A model generated the notes under the pieces. It ran no database searches, was not told the DNA's origin, and saw only the letters and a program-made list of their open reading frames with translations. Position numbers and translations under genes: made by a program. Of a DNA stretch of 64,000 bases, positions 54,413 through 64,000 are shown one piece after another. Each line of letters begins with the position of its first letter. Position 1 is the first letter of the stretch. Source of the stretch: Chara braunii (lineage: Eukaryota > Plantae > Charophyceae); contig BFEA01000034.1 of the NCBI GenBank assembly GCA_003427395.1, forward strand, positions 727,292-791,291, in the 5' to 3' direction.

Positions 54413-57400
54413 TGTTGAGCGCATCGGCCCCCACGCGAGCGAGGGCCCTCCCGACCATGTCACGCAGGAGTTTAAACAAAAACACAACATAAGAGACAAG
54501 TTGGGAACGACGTGAAATAATCTCGGTAACTGCCGAGACGGATGCGATATCGCATCGTTCCTTAGCCGCTCTAGCCGGGTGCGCCAACTATACTTCCCGC
54601 AGTCCCCTACGACAGGATAGGTTCCCGCGGGGCATAAGCTTGCCTTCGCTAAGGGGCTGTCACACCCCTTAGGGGCGTATCCCTACCGAGCTACCGACCC
54701 ACGTGTGAAAGTTTTTACATGCAATTGCAGGAGTGGGTCGGCCGAGGGCGTTTGCTTGCTCGCTGTAGTATAGGTCTGGCGATTATCTTCATAGTATGAA
54801 GTGCACGCCGGTCGACAAGGATGGTCTCAACCATCCGTGAAACCTCCTTGCCCCTTTAAACATGAGTCAAAAGAAAGTTATAACAATCGCACATGGTTAT
54901 ACCAAAAGGAACTATTACTTCGTCGATAGGAATGTATATTCCATTTGCAATGATAATCGAAAGAGTTAAAATCATCATTAGACACCCATGATCAAAATAA
55001 ACCTCGACCACGCCTCGTCGATCGCCGCAAAATTCATACAGCCGCCAACGAGGAGTTGGCTTTAGACAATAACCTCAATGCAACCGATAAGATAGTTCGT
55101 CTGTCTTAGTTTTGACTTGATGAGATGTTGTGCCAAAGTTATTCATTTCATCCTACCGCCGACCTAAGATTGAACACGTACACACTCGTCTCCATACACT
55201 CCTCAATCTTCTTGGATAACGACTGTTTTGCAGATGATTCTTGATCAGAGGCATTGCTTGAGGTGTTGCATGCCTCTCTCTCTAAAAAGTGGTCTGGGGT
55301 ACTCCTCCTCCTCGCCCGAGCACAAGACTCGGATCGCAGAAGTCGGGCCATCTCGGCCGAATCGGCAAAGTACCCCCCCCGTAGAACGGTGCACTCTAAG
55401 TCGACGACACGGCCGACTCCTAAAGCAACGAACCCCCGCCCCAGATGCTTCCCGAAGAAAGAGAATGTGTTCACCACAAGTAGATTTTCAGTTCTTCCCT
55501 TCGTCTCTCGCCTAAGGTAACTCGAACGAAAATAGTTAGGAAAGACAGAGATTGAGAAACATTTAGACAGATAAAAGTCATTCAGGAAAACGATGGTCAA
55601 TCTTTTAGAAAAAGGTTACGTTCGTTAGACCTTATCCGCTTTATTTGATTTGAATTCGTTTTACGATGCGCGTAAAAAAAACTTGACATTTTTCAAAACA
55701 ACCAACCCTTCTTAGCATGCAGGCAGGTGAGAAGTCAAAGAAAACACTTCTTTTCCATTTCCTCAAATACTCATAATCAATCTCCTTTGCAAGCATCCTT
55801 CTACCTACCCGCACAACACGCAGAGACAACAAGTTCAAAATAAAAAACTAGTGCGATCCCATGCCCAAGTCAGACCTTTCTATTCACATGCAAGATACGC
55901 ACGACTTTCCTGCACCTTTTCAACGAACATTCAATGAACAGGGTCAAGCAAAGTGTGGGTTCACACATGTGTGAAGTGTGAAGGGAAATCTGAGTCAATC
56001 AACTGACCGACCTTGAGTGAAGTTCAACGGCACACTGAAGAAAACCGTATAGAATAACGCTCCCTTGACGGAAAGGTCGTTGCACCCAGTCGTCAGCAAA
56101 GTGATCGACACTACTCCTTTGTGACGACCGCTTGTCGGAGTACCCTCTCAGCACACAATCTCTTTTCAATAATCTGGCGGTGTTATCTCCTTACCGTCAC
56201 TTGCCTCCAAAGTTACAACGTCCCTGCGGCGTCACGCTTACGCCACTTCAAAATGCAACACCACTTTGACGCACCTTCTCTGTGTCAACGCTCCACCTCC
56301 ACTTAGTGCAAATTTACTGTCGTTACTGCCGTAAGAACAGTACCACCTTCGACAAAAACCCGGCAGCGCTTCCACACTACCGCCAAAAAAACAAAACCGC
56401 CACCGCAAAAAACCGTCAGCGCTTCCGCACCACCGTTACAAAAACCGGAACCGTCGCCTCAAAAATCCGGCAGCGCTTCCACACCATCGTTGAAAAAAAC
56501 AGAACCGCCGCCGCAAAAATCCGGCAACGCTTCCGCACCACCGTCGAAAAAACCAAAACCGCCGCCGCAAAAATCCGGCAGCGTTTCCACACCACCGTCG
56601 AAAAAATCCGAACCGCTGCCACAAAAATCCGACAGCGCTTCCGCAACACCGTCGAAAAAAACAGAACCGCCGCCACAAAAATCTGGCAGCGCTTCCGCAC
56701 CATCGCCGTTAAAACCAGAACCGCCGCTACAAAAATCCGACAGCGTTTCCGCACCACCGCCGTTAAACCCGGAGTCGCCGTTGGCCGCCGCTGTAAAATT
56801 TTGGCAGCACTTCCCCACTATAAATTGGTAAAATTTGGGCCCCAGGCCCAAATTTCACAGCGCCATCTTGCCGTAGTCCTGCAGCGCCCCTGGGTCAGCC
56901 CCGTGGGACCAACATCAGCCAGAGGGGAAGGGAGCAGAGGGCTCCCTGCCTTGGCTATGGCTATCCACCTCGCGCTCCTCTGCAGATCTCCAGCCTCTCC
57001 TCAAGTTGCCTCAGGTAGCACCTCCAGCAGCCAGCAACACTCAAGTATGCTCGTCACACACTGGCATTACGAGTGCATTGTGTGGCAGCTGGAGGGCAGC
57101 TGCCTGTTTTATAGTGGATGAGGAGAATGGACGTCACTTCTGCCCCCAGGCAAAATCGGGGGCTCACTGTGAGCCCTTGATCTGACCAAGATCCAGGGTT
57201 CACTGTGGCCGCACCACAGTCACAGCCCTAGTGTGGGGCAGTTTTTTTAACTGCCCCATTTTATTTTTTCTTTTCTTTTTCCCAGCTATCTTGGAATCTC
57301 ACGAAATAGCTGGGTTCCTGCCATTTCCAAAACTATTTTTTTTTTTTTTCTTCTAATAAGGGGTTGGAGAGATACGACCCCTTACAGTTCGATGTACCTG

Positions 57401-58934
57401 GACCCTTTTCCCAGGGCAGATACATCGAGGAAAAGGCTGCACTTGACCTTTTTCTTTTTATGACCCCTCAATTTCCAGGCTCGGTTAAAAAACGGGAGCC
57501 TGACAGTTACCTCTAGAGGTAGCACTACGTGAGGACAAGTGTCCTCACGAAAAGTAAAGAAAAAGAAAAAATAATAAAGAAGAAAAGAAAAAAAATATAA
57601 ATAAAGAAAACTTTAACCACCTCAATTGCAATGCTCCTGACCGTGATTTGAGCCAGGAGCATGCAGTTGTTTGTCAACTGCCTGTCCCTTTCCTCTGCTG
57701 CCCTTCCCTGAAAACGGGAAGTACAGTTGTCAGGTTAGGAGAGGTAGGGAAAGAACTCGTGAAAATTCACGAGTTCAAATCCTGACAGGCTCAGAGCGGG
57801 GTGCAAAAAGTACCCCGACTTTGATGATTTTTAGAAAACTATTCGCTTAATAAAACAATCTGAAACAATTCATGCGCATGGCCTAGGTGCCTGACGACCT
57901 ACAGAAAAAATTGCAAGGCCTACAAAAGTGTTTAATGTCACCAGAAAAATATTGACGCAAACTGAAAAATACGGATTTTCAAAACAAATCAGATCTTGTT
58001 TTCTCTTTTTTCTTTTTCTTTTCTTTTCTTTTTCTTCTTACCCCCCTGACAACGGGAAGGCAGCTGGCAGGTCGGATGGAGTAGGTCCTCCTCTCTCTCA
58101 TCGTCCCATTTCTCTCTATCTCTCTCCAACTCCTTCAACTTTCCCTTTTCTCTCGTGCGTGTGATATGAGCCGCGAGATCTTAGATCTCGCGGCTACAAA
58201 AATCTGTGCTACCATGAGGTGGGAGCTATCGTACTCCCACACAGTCTAAAGAGACTGTTTTCTTCAACAGCAGAGGCATTGTTTGCCTCGTGCAGGATCT
58301 GGAGTGGTGGCCGTTGCTTCAGCAACGACACCTATCTCTCCGCGATTTTATTTATTTATTTATTTATTTTTATTTTTATTTTTTTGAAGGAATTTCATTG
58401 GCATAAGCCAGCGACCACTATAGACTGCGCCAGCCTAGCTGGCATTCCCCCCTACCCCACCGATTTACAGACCCAGGTTCTATTCCCTTAGGGGAATCGA
58501 AAAAATTCTAGGTCGTTTTCTTGATTTATGGGTGTCATCCTTGCGAAGGGGCCATGTTGCAGCCACGCGGCCGTTCCCGGCCGTTAGATTTGATGATCTT
58601 GCGGCCAAGAATGGCCGTGCTTCATGCCGTTGCAGTGGGCAGGTCCAAAAGGAGCTAGGCCAGTGGCAATCCAACCTTCTGAGGCCTTGCAGACTTTGCC
58701 TGCCTGAGGCTTCGCTTGCTGGCCCTGCCCCGCCAGTTACCTGCGTGACCACGACTTGGTTGGCCACCTAGCCAGGTAGCCCTCGGCATCGGCCTGCGGG
58801 CCCCCCCCTTGACTCAAGGTCAACCCCCGCGGTTCAGGAAAACCTTCCTATTCCCCTACGCCGCGACTATATATCCGGCGCATCCCTCTTTTTAGCCTAC
58901 TTAGGCCCTGAATCGCACAGCTTAGCAGCCTCGC
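54413..58934 (-). mobile_element. Family 2 LTR (>4.5 kb; 3' or solo), inserted in LTR C and interrupted near its U3 end
   Basis: Starts TGTTGAGCGCATCGGCCC. Inverted homology blocks to 58935-62550: 54413-54845 vs 62080-62550; 55770-56025 vs 60690-60920; 58835-58922 vs 59215-59303. Minus-strand CTATAAAA at 57107-57114. Confidence 0.8.
56340..56820. repeat. 54-bp minisatellite, ~8-9 copies, within the family 2 LTR
   Basis: CA(G/A)CG(C/T)TTCC at 56417, 56471, 56525, 56579, 56633, 56687 and 56741. Confidence 0.93.
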
Positions 58935-61900
58935 TGTCGGGGCAAAAACCCTGACCAGGATATCTGTCCGGTGTTTTCAAATGTCGGACGATGTACGACT
59001 TAGTAAATGGTTGTCTGGGCTTCATAACTTGATGAGATGGGTTATCTGTCGAAAGTTTATTCAGATCTGATCTATGACTGACAGACTAACGTTTCGGACG
59101 TTAGTCCGAACGTGTGTGGCGTCCATAAGAACCGGACGTAACAGGCAAGGTTTCGCTTGTCGCATGCCGTAGGGGCGCGCAGAGAAAGGAACAATTAAAT
59201 TAAACCTATCCTAACAGCCGCGCGATTTAAAGCCTAAGTAGGTTGAAAAGGGGTCGCCGCGACAGAGGTTGGGACTACGGCGAATAGGAAATAGGAAGAT
59301 TTTATATTATTTTTTGGGTTCTGAAGTTCTTATTTTTTTGGGTCCTCGGGCTATCGCACCGAGGACGCACTGAGGACCGGAGGGGATGGTGTTGTGACTT
59401 GCTGAGTGGGGCGGTTGTTGAGGCTATGGGCCGCCGGCAAACCAGCCAGCCATGGAGGCAGGCAGGCAGGTAAGGCCTGCAAGGCCGCAAACAGTATAGG
59501 TCTACCGGACCACGGGCAGGCACGGCTGCAGGGCCGCAGGCAGGCAGGGCCTGCCAAGCCATAGGCCGGCATGATGGCTGGGCAGAGCTCTTCTTATAGA
59601 AGAGAAACTCCAATTACTTTCGTAATAGGAGCTAGCCTAGTAGGTTACGCATTCGCCTGTCACCTTGCAGATTTGGGCAACGAAACTAGATTGCTCCTAC
59701 TGGCGCTAGCTCCTTTTGGGAGCTGGCCGCCAGGCATTTGGGCGGTCGATCCCGGCCGTGCGATCGTGAGATCACGCGGCTGAGATCTGCTGCGCCCAGA
59801 TCAGTGATGCTGTCAGTGAGGAAGTGCTGCCGGGGTTTTTGGCACGGCGGCGGCAACATTCTTCAGTGAGACCATGCTGCCAGATTTGACGGCAGCATCA
59901 ATATTTTCATTGGGGTTTTGCTACCGGCATGTCGGCAGCACTACTGTGAGGGAAGATGTTGGGGGTCCTCTGCGTCACAACAGAGGCAATTTTTTGTGTG
60001 TGATCAGGAGGTAGTGTTGTGGGGCAGCCATGGTACCGTTTTTGACAATGCAACGAACAATGGTCCGCTGTTATTTTTGTGGTACGCAGTGGTTATGGTG
60101 AATTTCGGTGTGGCCTGGAGGATGGACTGGCAGTGGTACACATTTGGGATTGTGCGGCAGTGGTGTGTGGACCGACACTATGAAAAGAGTGCGGAATAAG
60201 TGCACGCATCAGTGACTTTTGGGGCTCGCGGCACCTGCGGGTTTCACCAGGGGCCACCTTTATTTTTTTGCGGCACTCGGTGCAAGCGAGATTTGAGTTT
60301 GGGACCGTAAGGTGCTTTGGCGGTAACATGGGACCATTTTGGAACCAGGTGGGACTGATTTTGAAGTTGAGACTGACACATGGTGTGACTATTGCAAGCG
60401 GACGTGGTGATTGGAGATGGTGTGGGTCTGCGAGTTGGGACTATGTTGGGGCAGCCTGGGACATTAAGGCCACGTGAAAACTCGTTTGTGGGAACACCCT
60501 CCTGGAGGCCTATCTCGCTTGAGTTGTGTGGTCTAGCCTCTGCTCACTGGAGCACTTGGTGGAGGGCGCGGACCGTTAATTAGGAGAAACGCCACAACTT
60601 ATGAGCTGTGTGCCGCATATTTTTCTACGGCGGTCATTTTCCTTTGATTGATATATAACCTGACTTTCTTGAGTGAGTCGGACCAAGCTTCACTCAAGGT
60701 CTGCTGAATGATTCAGATATCCCTCCACACCTGTGTCAACCCACACTTTGCTTGACCCTGTTCGTTTGAACGTTCCAAAGAAAGGTAGAGAAAGTTGTGT
60801 GAGTCATGCATGTGAATGAGAAGGTCTGACGTGAGTCTGGGATTGTACTGTTTTCTTTTGAATTTGTTTTCTATGCATGTTGTGCAGGTAGGTAAAAGTG
60901 CAAAGGAGATTGATTGTGCCTGTTGAAGGCAAGGGAAGAGAATTGTCTCTTCGTTACTTCTTACTCGCCCGCCCGTCGGAAATGTTTCAATGTTTTGAAT
61001 AACTTCAATTATGTGTGAACCATAAAATGAATTAAGTTGAAATAAAGCANNNNNNNNNNNNNNNNNNNNNNNNNNNNNNNNNNNNNNNNNNNNNNNNNNN
61101 NNNNNNNNNNNNNNNNNNNNNNNNNNNNNNNNNNNNNNNNNNNNNNNNNNNNNNNNNNNNNNNNNNNNNNNNNNNNNNNNNNNNNNNNNNNNNNNNNNNN
61201 NNNNNNNNNNNNNNNNNNNNNNNNNNNNNNNNNNNNNNNNNNNNNNNNNNNNNNNNNNNNNNNNNNNNNNNNNNNNNNNNNNNNNNNNNNNNNNNNNNNN
61301 NNNNNNNNNNNNNNNNNNNNNNNNNNNNNNNNNNNNNNNNNNNNNNNNNNNNNNNNNNNNNNNNNNNNNNNNNNNNNNNNNNNNNNNNNNNNNNNNNNNN
61401 NNNNNNNNNNNNNNNNNNNNNNNNNNNNNNNNNNNNNNNNNNNNNNNNNNNNNNNNNNNNNNNNNNNNNNNNNNNNNNNNNNNNNNNNNNNNNNNNNNNN
61501 NNNNNNNNNNNNNNNNNNNNNNNNNNNNNNNNNNNNNNNNNNNNNNNNNNNNNNNNNNNNNNNNNNNNNNNNNNNNNNNNNNNNNNNNNNNNNNNNNNNN
61601 NNNNNNNNNNNNNNNNNNNNNNNNNNNNNNNNNNNNNNNNNNNNNNNNNNNNNNNNNNNNNNNNNNNNNNNNNNNNNNNNNNNNNNNNNNNNNNNNNNNN
61701 NNNNNNNNNNNNNNNNNNNNNNNNNNNNNNNNNNNNNNNNNNNNNNNNNNNNNNNNNNNNNNNNNNNNNNNNNNATGATCTGCATGACAACGGTGGAATT
61801 TACTTGTAGAAGTAATTCCTGGCAGGGTTTAATAAGTGTCAACAGACCCAACCGTAAGTTAAAGGTTGGACTGTCCTTTTTAATCTTTCGTCAGTATCGA

Positions 61901-64000
61901 GCCTCCGCCTTGGAAACGGCGGAATAATAATATCTCCAGTCATATAGGCCGGGAAGAATAACTTTGGCAAATCATCTCGTCAAGTTAAAATCCAATCTTG
62001 TGTGATCTTATATAAAGTATATTGATTTTATTTATTTATCTTGTGGTCAGAGAATTATAAAGGAACTAGGATAATATTGTGGGTTTCGCCTTTGGTTGAG
62101 ACCGTCCTAGTCGACCGACGTCTGTCCGTACCTAGGAGATCAGCGCCCTTGGGGACGGACAACGTTCGGGTCCACTCGGCGTTAACCAAGCGTACGTATA
62201 CTCCAGCAAGCGAGTAAACGCCTTCGGCTGACCTACCTCTGCAATTGCATGTAAAAGCTTTCGCACGTGGGTCAGTAACTCGATAGGGATACGCCCCTAA
62301 GGGTGGTGACAGGTCGTCAAGGAAGGTAAGATGTGCCTCGCGAGAACCTATCCTGTCGTAGGGGACCGCGAGATGTACAACTGGTGCACCCGGCTAGAGC
62401 GGCGAAAGGACAATGCAACCGCGTCCGTCTCGGCGGTTTGCGAGACTATTTATGCATCGTTCTAAGTTGTCTCTGGTTTTGTTGTGTTTTAACTCCTGCG
62501 TGACGTAGCCGGGGGGGCCCTCGCTCACGCGGGGGCCGATGCGCACGACAGGTGGCGCCGTTGCGGGGGATAACGACAAACTACCGTTGTCCCTAGCGGA
62601 ACGACACTCGGGTATTTTATTTTGTAATGTATCAATTGATCTTATCCTGAATTTTTAAAATTTAATTATTATATCATCATTGATTGGTTTGTTATTATTT
62701 TATCTCTATGGGTTATATATTGATTTTATTCTGAGAATTATTCAGGTTATTTTTGAACGATCCAGTTGAGTTTAAATTCTTAATATCGTGATATTAATTG
62801 AGTCATTTTTTTGATATTTATGAATATTATCTCTAAATTCTGAGTTATCGTTATGATGTTCAGGTGTCATATTTTAAATGTATATTTTATCATGAATTTG
62901 GAAGTATTGTTATCTATTGCATCTATTGTCGACCAAACGTTGGCTTCCTTTTTATATTGTTCTGCAGATCTATTTAGTCATTGTATTTGATGTTGAAATG
63001 ATGTATATTTCGATTGATCAGTTTACCCGGACTCTCATTCATTTTGAGATTATCCGTTTTAGTGATGCACTTCTATGGTTGAGGGCATCAGAACTACTGT
63101 TGAATATTATTTAGCTTGGATCATTATGACATTTCATTTGAAAGTATTTGTGGTAAGTTGTATTATTGTTTTTGAATATTTTTTGAAGTAAGTCTTGAAG
63201 GCGTTATTATGTCATGACAAATTTCTGATGGATTTGTGAGCTCTGTAGATAATGGTGAGGCCTGCGCCGGAGTTATGCTCCTGGTCCATAGCGGGATGTT
63301 GTCTTCCGAATCCTGAGTGGTTTAAGGAAGGAAGGCTACACTATCATCGAAAGGGAGGAAGGTGTTGAAATCCTGTTAGAATGTTGTATGTAAGGGTACG
63401 TGACTATTGTTTGCCATGGGGGAGGAGTGACTACCTAACCTCGTGCCAGACGTGGTCATCGTACCTCCATGGCCGGGGCCTAGTCAACCTCGATCGTATG
63501 GGGTGGGGCAGTTTTACTCTACATGAAGGGTACTAATGGGGTTGAAGGCACTGGAATCGGAGGGAAGGTGGTGAGGCTCAAATCTTAAGCAGAGCTTGAT
63601 GTCGAGATGTTATCCTCATAAGGATTACACCACTCCTCGACGCATATCACAAAAGTTCAGAAACATTGGACATGATAGCTATATGAGCTGTTTTCTCTTT
63701 GAAGTTGAAATAAGAACAAAACTTGGGCGAGGACTTTTGAATGAATGGTTGCTCTCTGAGTGGTTCGTTCAGACTTGTCTGGACAACTTCCGACAGGTTG
63801 ATCTATCAGCCTGAAGGTTGTCAATTTTAGGCTTACCAGGGGCGGAATCTGGTAACCATTTAGAGAGACAAAATTGTTGGCCGCCAGTGGGATGATGCTA
63901 GGACCATTATGAGAAAGGTCCTCTGTATTTTTATCTTCCAGGGGCTGAATATGGGTCCAAGTTTTGATTTTTAGGCTTGCCAGGGGCGGAATCTGATACT
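58935..64000 (+). mobile_element. Family 2 Athila-like LTR element: 5' LTR 58935-62550 (includes a 725-N gap), PBS, non-coding internal region running off the window
   Basis: TGTCG...CGACA termini; PBS 2 nt after the LTR; internal 63243-63650 is homologous to family 1 internal regions. Confidence 0.85.
62553..62570 (+). promoter_or_regulatory. Primer-binding site, tRNA-Asp type (TGGCGCCGTTGCGGGGGA)
   Basis: 17/18 match to the Athila-type PBS, just after ...CACGACA. Confidence 0.9.

Overview
Eukaryotic, repeat-rich plant (streptophyte) nuclear DNA from a gapped short-read/mate-pair assembly; almost none of the six-frame ORFs are real genes. The one host gene I can support is a RabE1/Rab8-type small GTPase on the minus strand. 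Four tiny exons are visible (35129-35057, 31942-31870, 11206-11106, 4961-4896), separated by 3.1, 20.7, 6.1 and >4.9 kb introns, and the gene continues off the left edge. Its introns hold a decayed L1-clade LINE, LTR remnants, a Mutator-type MITE, local duplications, a mosaic mitochondrial insertion (LAGLIDADG + nad1 + rps12 fragments) and a leftover Nextera mate-pair junction adapter. Upstream of the gene (38.1-64 kb) is a nested stack of apparently non-coding Athila-like (tRNA-Asp PBS) LTR elements: an LTR-internal-LTR-internal-LTR tandem whose last LTR carries an hAT-like insert and is then interrupted by a related LTR, itself interrupted by a third element. The most unusual signals are: (i) all three LTR-element insertion junctions sit immediately after the same pentamer CTCGC; (ii) one LTR has a ~1.2 kb stretch packed with about 20 sequence-unrelated short inverted repeats; (iii) a near-perfect 48-bp-arm hairpin replaces ordinary sequence in one internal copy; (iv) the nad1 fragment carries codons that look like unedited C-to-U sites. 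All alignments were done by eye; no database searches were run.
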